Below are positions 1 to 8,179 of a DNA stretch of 31,489 bases, one piece after another. The notes under the pieces are model-generated. The model saw only the letters and a list, made by a program, of their open reading frames with translations, had not been told where the DNA came from and searched no databases. Location of the stretch: positions 1-31,489 of IMG/VR virus record IMGVR_UViG_3300029258_002129. The stretch is one strand, 5' to 3'. The position numbers and the translations under genes are program-made. This DNA is from a virus. Lineage: Duplodnaviria > Caudoviricetes. How positions within the stretch are numbered: the stretch's first letter is position 1; the number at the start of each line of letters is the position of its first letter.

Positions 1-108
1 ATTCTACACCCTGCCGATGCGGTACGATGAAGTACCCAGCAATGTCACACTGTTTACCAGCGCTGCGACTTGGCCCAGAGTGGTATTCGGTGTAGGCAAG
101 TATCCACC

Positions 109-687
109 ATGTCCCAGAGTGACACAGGCGACGTAGGCGACGGGATGCTCCATCAGCTGGAGTATGAGTACTGGCGCACCAACAAGCAGAACGTCACGGC
201 GACGGCCCAGCACTTCGGGTGCACGCGCAAGACGATCTACCGCTGGATGAAGGCGGAGAACTGGCAGGCCGTAGCGGCCAGAGGGAACGCCAAGCAGGCC
301 GAGGCCCTGGCCGAGACCAGCGCCAGGCAGCTGACCCGGCACGTCACGGACGGCGAGACTGCGGTGGAGAATGCACGGCGCAACCACGGCAACCTACAGC
401 AGTGCATCGGGCTGCTGGCGGCGCTGACACAGGACGTGCTGAAGCAGGCACAGGGCAAGGTGAAAACCAGTGCGGACCTCGTGGCGGTACTATCGCAGGC
501 CGGCCTGGAGGAGCTGCGGCTGGCCGTGGCAACGGATGCGAAGATCGCAGCCACGCTGTACCCGGCGCTGATCCCGCAGCACATCGCGGTGAGCCAGGTG
601 CCGTCGCCGGCGGATGACATGCGGGAGCAGTTCGAGGAGAGCGTGCGGGAGTTCGAGCTGGTAGCGGGCCAGCAGGAGGCGTCATGA
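109..687 (+). CDS. Putative terminase small subunit (N-terminal HTH); start uncertain (TTG70, ATG109 or ATG145)
   Basis: HTH-like NVTATAQHFGCTRKTIYRWMKAENW followed by a helical region; lies upstream of the large terminase. Confidence 0.65.
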   Translation: MSQSDTGDVGDGMLHQLEYEYWRTNKQNVTATAQHFGCTRKTIYRWMKAENWQAVAARGNAKQAEALAETSARQLTRHVTDGETAVENARRNHGNLQQCIGLLAALTQDVLKQAQGKVKTSADLVAVLSQAGLEELRLAVATDAKIAATLYPALIPQHIAVSQVPSPADDMREQFEESVREFELVAGQQEAS

Positions 688-911
688 GCGTACCTGAGTT
701 GAAACCGGGGACAGCGTACATCGTGTTCGACCGGCAGCCATACATCGTGCGCTGCTTCCGGGAGTGGCTGCGGCAGACGCTCGGCTATCGGATCAAGAGG
801 GACGGCACGGTGCTGCGGCGGCCCAGGCGTGGCTATGCGCTGCACGTGATCGCTGACTCTGTGCCGTGGTACGTGCGCCTGCTGGCCCCGCTGCTGAAGG
901 AGATTATCTGA
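684..911 (+). CDS. Hypothetical phage protein (75 aa)
   Basis: ATGA overlap with the previous gene, GGAGG RBS, TGATG coupling to the next gene. Confidence 0.7.
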   Translation: MSVPELKPGTAYIVFDRQPYIVRCFREWLRQTLGYRIKRDGTVLRRPRRGYALHVIADSVPWYVRLLAPLLKEII

Positions 912-1252
912 TGCTGTCACTGGAGCGATGCCGCAAGCTGAAGGAGGCGGGGTTCCCGCAGACGACGAGCGATTGGGTGTGGATTGACGTGCCCGGCATT
1001 GACCCCGCACAGCACAAGCCGTGGAGCAGGTCGGACGCCTGTGTTGTCGCGGGCTTCAACATCGACAGCCCAGAGCTGATCGCCTGCCCCAACTCCGACG
1101 AGCTGCTGGTGAACATCGCCGCCCGCTACGGCTACACCTGCTGGCAGGACATCGTGGGCGATGCCGAGCGCTTGGTAGATCACCCTGAGTATGACCTTAA
1201 CGACACGCTGGCGCAGCTATGGCTGGTGCGGGCGAAGGAGAGGGCCGCGTGA
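911..1252 (+). CDS. Hypothetical phage protein (113 aa)
   Basis: ATG911 overlaps the upstream TGA with an AAGGAG RBS. The N-terminus SLERCRKLKEAGFPQ resembles a motif common in small phage proteins. Confidence 0.75.
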   Translation: MLSLERCRKLKEAGFPQTTSDWVWIDVPGIDPAQHKPWSRSDACVVAGFNIDSPELIACPNSDELLVNIAARYGYTCWQDIVGDAERLVDHPEYDLNDTLAQLWLVRAKERAA

Positions 1253-1584
1253 GCACTGATCCCCCCCTGATCGGCCTGATGCCCGGCGTGCCGGTGCCGC
1301 GGCTCGTCTCGCTGTGCGATGGCAACGGCGAGGTGTGGTTCGAGGTGCATGCCGGTCACGGACGCGGGCTCCGCTACGTTCTGCCCGATGGCAGCTGGAC
1401 ATTCGAACACTGGCCATTGGCCCTACCACCGCCGCCGGATGCGCCTGAGCGATACGCAAGCCGCAAGTATGCGACCCGCGCCGATGCCCTGGCCGCCATC
1501 CGCAACTACATCGGCCGCACCAGCGCAGCCGAGCGCTACGTACTGGCCGAGGAGACCGTGGATCGAGTAGCGGAGCCCGCCTGA
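1249..1584 (+). CDS. Hypothetical phage protein
   Basis: GTGA overlap at 1249-1252 with an AAGGAG RBS; ends 1 nt before terL. Confidence 0.65.
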   Translation: MSTDPPLIGLMPGVPVPRLVSLCDGNGEVWFEVHAGHGRGLRYVLPDGSWTFEHWPLALPPPPDAPERYASRKYATRADALAAIRNYIGRTSAAERYVLAEETVDRVAEPA

Positions 1585-1585
1585 C

Positions 1586-3007
1586 GTGGCAGCCGCCCGC
1601 CAGATACTAACCCCGTCACAGATCAACACCAGCCGCGAGCACCGCCGCCTGCGCCTCGCCATGCGCAATCGCCTGTGGCGCAAGATCGACTACGTACCCC
1701 ATGACCACCAGCGCCCCGTCCACGATGCGATTGTCCGCGGCGCCCGCTTCCTGAGCACCCGCGCCGGCCGCCGCTCAGGCAAGTCCGAGCTGTGGGCAAC
1801 CGAGGTCCTCACCGAGATGGCCTTCAGCCCGATCGGCCATCTGCCATTCCGCTACTGCCTGATCGGCGCGCCCGAGACCGACATCACCGACCACATCTTC
1901 GGGTACCTGTGGCGCTGGATCGTCGACCGCCGCGTACTGAACTATGAGCCGCTGTATAAGGCTACGCGCGAGCGGCGGATCGAGATGCCCTGGCACAGCA
2001 AGATCGAGGGCAAGACGACCGACAATCCGACATCCCTGCGCGGGCCCGGCCTCGTGATCACCGTCGCCGACGAGTACGCGTTCGGCGAGGACATCCTGGA
2101 CGATCACCTGAAGCCGCCGCTACTGGACTGCTCCGGAATCCTCGGCCTGCCTACAACCCCGAACGGCCAGAACCACGCTGCGGATACGCACGACCTGTGG
2201 CTGGAGCTGATGGAGGACGGCGATCCCGACTACTTCGCGACCAGCTGGACCAGCTACGACAACCCGCATCTGCCTGCGGGTGCGGTTGCCAAGATCGAGC
2301 AGTACGCACGGCGCACCGGCAACTACGACGTCTTCTGTGAGGAGTACCTGGCCCAGGTGGGCGCCATGGCCGGCGCCATGTATCCGATGTTCGACAAGCG
2401 CCGGCACGTTGGCGAGTTCGAGTTCGACCGGGATCTGGCGCCGCTCACGCTCGGCGTGGACTGGGGCTTCAGCAATCCCGCGGCGGTGGGCTTCTGGCAG
2501 TTCCTGGGCAATGAGCGGGCGCTGCTGCATGACGAGATTTACGAGCGCGGGCTAGTTACTGAGGAGCTGGCTGACCTGGTGCTGGAGTGGTGCGCTGAGC
2601 ACGACGTCGATCCGCAGGATGATGAGCAGTTCAATATCGCGTACTGCGATCCGAGTGGCCCCAAGGATATTGAGGTCTTCGAACGCAAGGGCATTCCGGC
2701 CGCGGGCAAGACGGCCACCGGCGGCAAGCTGAATGACGTGCGGGGCGGGATCGGCCGCGTCCGCAACCAGCTCAGCCGCGGAGCGATTGAGGGTGAGCCC
2801 GAGGAGGAACCGGCGATCCTGATCCATAAACGCTGCGTCAACCACATCAGGGAGATACCCAAGTACATGGTCAAGCGGACGGCTAAGCGTGAGCCGGACC
2901 CGGATGAGAAGCCCAGGAAGATTGATGATCACGCCTGCGATGAGATGCGCTACGCGGTGTTTGGTGAGTTGGGGGAAGTGTTCGATACAGCGAGTATCTG
3001 GTTGTGA
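1586..3007 (+). CDS. terL: Terminase large subunit
   Basis: Walker A AGRRSGKS, Walker B ITVADE, coupling motif TTP, RNase H-like nuclease motifs GVDWG, YCDPSG and DDHACDEMRY. Confidence 0.95.
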   Translation: MAAARQILTPSQINTSREHRRLRLAMRNRLWRKIDYVPHDHQRPVHDAIVRGARFLSTRAGRRSGKSELWATEVLTEMAFSPIGHLPFRYCLIGAPETDITDHIFGYLWRWIVDRRVLNYEPLYKATRERRIEMPWHSKIEGKTTDNPTSLRGPGLVITVADEYAFGEDILDDHLKPPLLDCSGILGLPTTPNGQNHAADTHDLWLELMEDGDPDYFATSWTSYDNPHLPAGAVAKIEQYARRTGNYDVFCEEYLAQVGAMAGAMYPMFDKRRHVGEFEFDRDLAPLTLGVDWGFSNPAAVGFWQFLGNERALLHDEIYERGLVTEELADLVLEWCAEHDVDPQDDEQFNIAYCDPSGPKDIEVFERKGIPAAGKTATGGKLNDVRGGIGRVRNQLSRGAIEGEPEEEPAILIHKRCVNHIREIPKYMVKRTAKREPDPDEKPRKIDDHACDEMRYAVFGELGEVFDTASIWL

Positions 3008-3014
3008 GGAGATC

Positions 3015-3227
3015 ATGACCCAGCGAATCCACAGGCCCACGTACAGCGCACGGCTGCCCCAGGTGCGCATCACTGAGGAGCAGCTGGAGCAACTGCGCCG
3101 CGATGCCCTGGACGCCGGCTACCGCAAGCCGGACGGCAGCGCGGACCTGAGTCGCTACATCCGCGCGATCCTGTTCGATGACGACAGGGACGCCGAGCCC
3201 GAGGCCAAGGCCACCATCTGGCTCTGA
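3015..3227 (+). CDS. Small ribbon-helix-helix (CopG/MobC-like) DNA-binding protein, 70 aa
   Basis: GAGGAG RBS and ATG3015. Strand-helix-helix pattern QVRITEEQLEQLRRDALDAG...LSRYIRAIL. Confidence 0.7.
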   Translation: MTQRIHRPTYSARLPQVRITEEQLEQLRRDALDAGYRKPDGSADLSRYIRAILFDDDRDAEPEAKATIWL

Positions 3228-3249
3228 GCAGCGTTTCACGATAAACATT

Positions 3250-3318
3250 CTGTACGTACGCCTGCCGGACTCGATCCTATAAGCCCGCGCCCAGACCGGC
3301 CTGCCGTTGTACGTACAG
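3250..3318. promoter_or_regulatory. Paired palindromic GTACGTAC sites, putative operator/promoter upstream of the portal gene
   Basis: GTACGTAC at 3252-3259 and 3309-3316, which also form the inverted repeat CTGTACGTAC/GTACGTACAG. GCCTGCCG is directly repeated at 3260 and 3299. TATAAG lies at 3278. Confidence 0.4.
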
Positions 3319-3340
3319 CTGCCTCGCTAGCCTGTTAGCA

Positions 3341-5524
3341 GTGCTCGGTGCACTCGCCAACCGGCTGCGAATGGGCATGTTCAACATCGCCCTGCGTGCG
3401 GTCGGCGCAACTCTGATCTTCCCTATCAATGACGCCCTGAGCAGTACCACGCGGACCTGGCGCTTCACCGACTACGTAACCGAGGGCTACAAGCGCAATC
3501 CGGTCGTCTATGCATGTCTCAGCCGGATCAAGGCAGGGGTGGCCGCGGTAATCATTAACCTCAACCTCGATGGCGAAGTAGTGGACCTGGCCGAGATCGC
3601 CAAGCTGCCAGAGCCGGTAAAGGGCCTGGCGCGGCTGCTTCGGCGCCCGAATGCCAATCAGACCTTTACGGAGCTACGCAAGGCGTGGGTGGATCACATC
3701 TACCTGGCTGGCTCGAGCTACTTCCGCGGCTGGGGCCTGGGGACCGACACGTTCCTGGGTAAGAAGCGCAGCAAGAAGGCGCCTCGTCTGCGCCTGCTTC
3801 GGCCCGATACCGTTGAGCTGGAGCACTCGCAGGATGAAGTAACCAAGTACGAGGTCCACTACGGTACCCGCCGTGAGGACGTGAAGCCGGACGAGATTGT
3901 CACCGTACGCTTCACTGATCCCAATGATGAGTTCGCTGGCGTCAGCCCGCTCGAGCCCTGTGCGTACACCATCGACAGCAGTAACTACGCCATCAAGTGG
4001 AACATGAACCTGCTTAAGAACGCCGGTGTGCCAGCGGGCGTGCTGATCGTGAAAAGGGTCAAGCAGCTATCGAGGAAGCAGCGGGCCGAGCTGCGCGACG
4101 AGTTCAAGGATGAAGTGGCGGGCCCGGACAACGCCGGCAACCTGCTGGTGATGAGCGGCGAAGATGCCGATTACAAGCAGCTGGGCCAGACCAGCCGGGA
4201 CCTTGACTGGCGGGGCGGCAAGCAGGAGAGCATGCGCGAAATCTGCGCGGCCCTGGGCGTGCCGTCCGTGCTGCTGGGTGATCCGCAGAACCGTACCTAC
4301 GCGAATGTAGAGGCGGCCAAGGCCGACTTCTACATCACCACCATCCTGCCGCTGCTGCGCCTGCTGATCGATGAGCTGGGCAACTTCCTGCTGCCCAAGT
4401 ACGAGCTGGAGGAGCGGGCCAGCTTTGCACTTAACACTGATGATGTGCCTGAGTTGCAGGAGAACGAGGCTGAATGGATCGGTGCCTATAAAGATGCGTT
4501 CTGGCTCACGATTGATGAGCTGCGCGAGCGGATGCCCAAACCGCTGGAGCCGTTCCAGGAGGACTGGTCGGAGATTCCGATGGTGCGGCTGCCGGGGTCG
4601 CTGAAGCCGGTCCAGCCCGAGGAGCTGGTGACTGCCGACGATGAAGGCGAGGAGATCCAGAAGCCCGCCGACGAGAAGGAGGAGGAGCGCCAGCGCCGCA
4701 GCGATGATGAGCTGGACTTCCCCGGCAGTCTCTACCCGACGCTAGAGCAGCGGGCCGAGTTCATCAGGCGCCAGGATGACCGCCGCGAGGAGGCTGAGCC
4801 GCGGTACCGCCGGGCGCTGGATACATACCTTGCCGGCCAGCTGGAGCGGGTGCTGGACAACCTCGATCTGCGCTCCGAGCAGCGCGCCGACGTCGTGCCG
4901 GCCGAGGAAATCCTGAAGCCTGAGGTCGAGTTGCTGCACTGGACCGACGAGATCGGTCCTACAGAGCAGTCCATCATCATCGAGTTCGGCCAGGCCGCGC
5001 TTGATGACCTGCTGGCGGACGGCACGCTGTTCAGCATCGAGCGGCCGGAGATGAAGCAGTGGCTGGCCGACAACCTGGCGGAGCGCAGCGCCCTGATCAA
5101 CGAGACGACCGCGGCCGACATCCAGGAGATTCTGGCGGAGAACGTTGGCGCTTCCCACAAGGAGACCGCCAAGCTGCTGCGCGGCTACTACGAGGACAGC
5201 ATTCCGAGTCGGCGTGCCGAGGCCATCGTGCGCACGGAAGTGGGCCGCGCGGATACCAAGGCCACGCTGGAAGGCTACAGCCAGGCCAGCGAGAAGCTGG
5301 GCAAGCGTATCCGTGCCGAGTGGATTACCGCCCGCGATGGCAAGGTGCGGGGCGGCGGCAAGGACCCGTACAGCCACATCGCCATGGACGGCGCGCTGAC
5401 CAACGACCAGGACGTATTCGAGACCGGCCAGGTCGGCGAGGTTGAAGGGCCGCTGATGGACGGTCCCGCGGGCTGGGTAATCAACTGCCGGTGCGGCGTA
5501 GCACCGTGGATCGAGGAGGAGTGA
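3341..5524 (+). CDS. HK97-family portal protein fused to a C-terminal Mu gpF/SPP1 gp7-like head morphogenesis domain
   Basis: Portal motifs NPVVYAC, LLRRPN, GVSPL, EICAALGVPSVLLG, TYANVE and LTIDELRE. An acidic linker is followed by RAEAIVRTEVGRA, EWITARDGKVR, H-x3-DG and INCRC. Start may be ATG3371. Confidence 0.92.
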   Translation: MLGALANRLRMGMFNIALRAVGATLIFPINDALSSTTRTWRFTDYVTEGYKRNPVVYACLSRIKAGVAAVIINLNLDGEVVDLAEIAKLPEPVKGLARLLRRPNANQTFTELRKAWVDHIYLAGSSYFRGWGLGTDTFLGKKRSKKAPRLRLLRPDTVELEHSQDEVTKYEVHYGTRREDVKPDEIVTVRFTDPNDEFAGVSPLEPCAYTIDSSNYAIKWNMNLLKNAGVPAGVLIVKRVKQLSRKQRAELRDEFKDEVAGPDNAGNLLVMSGEDADYKQLGQTSRDLDWRGGKQESMREICAALGVPSVLLGDPQNRTYANVEAAKADFYITTILPLLRLLIDELGNFLLPKYELEERASFALNTDDVPELQENEAEWIGAYKDAFWLTIDELRERMPKPLEPFQEDWSEIPMVRLPGSLKPVQPEELVTADDEGEEIQKPADEKEEERQRRSDDELDFPGSLYPTLEQRAEFIRRQDDRREEAEPRYRRALDTYLAGQLERVLDNLDLRSEQRADVVPAEEILKPEVELLHWTDEIGPTEQSIIIEFGQAALDDLLADGTLFSIERPEMKQWLADNLAERSALINETTAADIQEILAENVGASHKETAKLLRGYYEDSIPSRRAEAIVRTEVGRADTKATLEGYSQASEKLGKRIRAEWITARDGKVRGGGKDPYSHIAMDGALTNDQDVFETGQVGEVEGPLMDGPAGWVINCRCGVAPWIEEE

Positions 5525-5525
5525 G

Positions 5526-6236
5526 ATGTCACCGGAGCTAGTAGCAGTCAAGGGCGGCGACAAGCACATCCACGTGAGCAAGTTCCAGATCGCCGAGGTG
5601 ACCGATGCCGGCGAGGGCAGCGAGGGTCGTTTCAGCGGCTACGCGGCGATCTTCGATGAGCTGATCCCTAGTTACAACGAGATCGTCGACAAGGGCGCAT
5701 TCACACAGACGCTGCGCCACAATCGCGGGCAGGTACCGGTGCTGTGGATGCACGGCTCGTGGATTGACCCGCCGATGCCGATTGGCCTGGGACAGCGGGC
5801 CGAGGAGGATGACTACGGCCTGTTCGTCGAGGCCAAGCTGGACCTTCAGAACAACCAGGCAGCCCGCGAGGCATGGGGCTTTATGCGGCTGGCCAATGAG
5901 GTCAACCGCAAGATCGGCCTGAGCATCGGTTTCAATCCGATCCAGCTGCTGGTCACTGACGGCGACGAACCGAGTCACGTCAAGGAGCTGCGGCTTTGGG
6001 AGTACAGCCCGACACCGCCCGACTGGCAGGCGGCACCGAACGCAGGCATCGATGAGATGCGGAGCAGCTATCGCAGCGAGATGTACCGCGTAGTCGCGGA
6101 GCTGCTCAGAGAGATGGGAGTCAACAACTCGGCACTTGAGGCGGCAGCCGCTACTCAAGGCGCCACTACCGAGCTGACTGAGGCGCAGCTGCACTCAGTA
6201 GCGGAATCACTGGACGGATTACTCACCAAGTTATGA
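5526..6236 (+). CDS. HK97-family prohead maturation protease (Peptidase S78)
   Basis: FSGYAAIF, IVDKGAF, VPVLWMH (catalytic His), GLFVE, GLSIGF (catalytic Ser), LWEYS. Confidence 0.93.
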   Translation: MSPELVAVKGGDKHIHVSKFQIAEVTDAGEGSEGRFSGYAAIFDELIPSYNEIVDKGAFTQTLRHNRGQVPVLWMHGSWIDPPMPIGLGQRAEEDDYGLFVEAKLDLQNNQAAREAWGFMRLANEVNRKIGLSIGFNPIQLLVTDGDEPSHVKELRLWEYSPTPPDWQAAPNAGIDEMRSSYRSEMYRVVAELLREMGVNNSALEAAAATQGATTELTEAQLHSVAESLDGLLTKL

Positions 6237-6250
6237 AGGAGGGCATAGCA

Positions 6251-7585
6251 ATGCCTGAAGTAACACTGGCACAGATTGATGACAAGATCAAGCAGGTCGG
6301 TGTCCAGCTGGAGGAGAACCGGCAGACGATCCTCGACGAGGCCGGCAAGCAGGCCCAGGAGCTGGTCAGCACCAGCCACGCGGATGTACGCGCCGATCTC
6401 CAGGAGGAGAATGCGCGGCTCCGCGAGGACATCACGAAGCTGATCGAGGAGCGGCAGACCATCGAGATGGCGGAGAAGGCGAATGAGGCCATCCTGGCAC
6501 GGATGGACGAGTTCACCACCCGGCTCGAGATGGCGATGTCGGGCGACGGCGCGGCGCAGCCGCGGCGATTGAGCCAGACCGAGCAGCTGCACATGCAGGC
6601 GTTCATGCACTACAGCCGCACCGGCGTGATGGGCGGAGAGCCCGAGCGCGAGTGGCTGGGGAGCCTGGACGAGATACAGCGGCGCGCCATTACGGAGGGA
6701 ACCGCCGACGCCGGCGGATTCCTGGTGCCGGATGGCATGCGGCTGGACATCATCAAGAACATCCTGGAGCTTGACCCGATCAGCCAGTTGGCCAGGCGGG
6801 TCGAGATCACGGAGGGCAATTCCTATACCGTGCCGCGCATGAGCGACACGGGGCGCGGCGCTGCTGGGCAGAACGTCAGCGAGACGGGCAGCGGTACCGG
6901 CAAGAAGCCCAAGTGGGAGATGGTGACGCGCGTGGTGCATCCGGTTGTGGTACCCACGGAGCAGATCAGCCAGGACTTCCTGAGCGACGTTCGCAACGCG
7001 GGTGAGATTCTCGCTGACTGGGCAGGAGAGGAGTTGGCATACAAGGTCAACTACAACTACCTGCTCGGTGATGGCGCGGCCAAGGCCGAGGGCATCCTGC
7101 AGAATGCCACGGTCGTTGCGGCCACGCTGACCGGTACGGATACTACCGATCACCGGATCACCGGCGAGGACTTCTACTACGCGCTGAGCGGGCTGAAGGA
7201 GAAGTACCAGCAGCGGGCCGTGTTCCTGTTCTGCCGGACCACGCTCTCGCATGCGATGACACTGCGCGAGGACCGCACGGCGGACGGCGGCGGAACTGAC
7301 AGCGGTGGATTCATCCTGCCGTTCAGTCTGCGCGACGGCTATCCGCCCACGATTGCGGGGCTGAAGTACTACCTCAGCCCCAACATGCCGGCGGACGGCA
7401 CCAAGGGCAACAAGATGCTGCTCTGCGGTGATCTGAAGGCGGGCTACTACTTCGCCCGCAAGGACGGCATCTACTTCATCGCCGACCCGTATAGCCACAA
7501 GCCCAACTGGGAGTACCTGTGGCGCATGCGCGATGACGGTGTGGTGGTCAAGCCGGAGGCGCTTCAGATCGTGACAGCGGGCTAG
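6251..7585 (+). CDS. HK97-fold major capsid protein with N-terminal coiled-coil scaffolding (delta) domain
   Basis: AAGGAGG RBS before ATG6251. A coiled-coil N-terminus is followed by GGFLVP, ISQDFLSD, LLGDGAAKAEGIL and GDLKAGY. Confidence 0.95.
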   Translation: MPEVTLAQIDDKIKQVGVQLEENRQTILDEAGKQAQELVSTSHADVRADLQEENARLREDITKLIEERQTIEMAEKANEAILARMDEFTTRLEMAMSGDGAAQPRRLSQTEQLHMQAFMHYSRTGVMGGEPEREWLGSLDEIQRRAITEGTADAGGFLVPDGMRLDIIKNILELDPISQLARRVEITEGNSYTVPRMSDTGRGAAGQNVSETGSGTGKKPKWEMVTRVVHPVVVPTEQISQDFLSDVRNAGEILADWAGEELAYKVNYNYLLGDGAAKAEGILQNATVVAATLTGTDTTDHRITGEDFYYALSGLKEKYQQRAVFLFCRTTLSHAMTLREDRTADGGGTDSGGFILPFSLRDGYPPTIAGLKYYLSPNMPADGTKGNKMLLCGDLKAGYYFARKDGIYFIADPYSHKPNWEYLWRMRDDGVVVKPEALQIVTAG

Positions 7586-7635
7586 TCGACGCGCGCAGCG
7601 CGAGCCTGACAGAGTAACGAGCAAAGGAGAAGAAC

Positions 7636-8076
7636 ATGGCATTGCAATGGGATGTTTTCAACAACATCAAGATCGACCTGCTGACCGTGCCGGCTGTCAA
7701 GACCGCGACAGTTACCTCGGACGCCGCCGACATGGCTGGCTACGAGGGCGCCCGGTTCGACGTGATCTTCGGCGAGAGCGGCAACAGCCTGTGCGGTGGC
7801 GTCAAGTGGGACTGCAAGTTGCAGGAGTCCGACGACGACGTGACGTATGCGGACGTCGACGCCGATGACGTGATCGGCAACACGAGCGATCAGTTCGGCC
7901 TTGTCGATGACGCAGCGAGCGACGGCGCGGTGTACAGCCTGGGCTACAAGGGCATCAAGCGGTACGTCAAGGTCGTCGTCACAGCCACCGGCACGCACGG
8001 CACCGGGATCATCATCACCATCGCGGTGAACCGGTTCAAGTCGATCAACCCGCCGAGCAACGTAGTCAACGCGTAA
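7636..8076 (+). CDS. Putative capsid decoration/cement protein
   Basis: AAGGAG RBS. Beta-rich 146 aa protein with DMAGY, KLQESDD and GIKRYVKV, as in genes that commonly follow HK97-type capsid genes. Confidence 0.7.
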   Translation: MALQWDVFNNIKIDLLTVPAVKTATVTSDAADMAGYEGARFDVIFGESGNSLCGGVKWDCKLQESDDDVTYADVDADDVIGNTSDQFGLVDDAASDGAVYSLGYKGIKRYVKVVVTATGTHGTGIIITIAVNRFKSINPPSNVVNA

Positions 8077-8169
8077 CCCAAGCTAGCCAGGTCGCGATCA
8101 GGGCCGATGCACTTGGCTGGGTGAGGGTGAAGCCTGCGGGGATGGGCCTTCGGGCCTGTCCCCGTGGGC
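8076..8169 (+). promoter_or_regulatory. Two-hairpin RNA element after the head genes (mRNA stabiliser or attenuator)
   Basis: 17-bp stem with G-U pairs, GCCTGCGGGGATGGGCC-TTCG-GGCCTGTCCCCGTGGGC (8132-8169), capped by a C(UUCG)G tetraloop. An upstream stem AGCCAGGT/ACTTGGCT is closed by ACCCA/TGGGT. No U-tract follows. Confidence 0.55.
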
Positions 8170-8179
8170 AGGAGTAGCG

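Noticed and set aside
6155-7642. Long minus-strand ORFs (e.g. 6155..7642, 23261..24697, 26649..27815, 10973..11941)
   Set aside because: Antisense shadows of high-GC coding genes, with no recognisable motifs.
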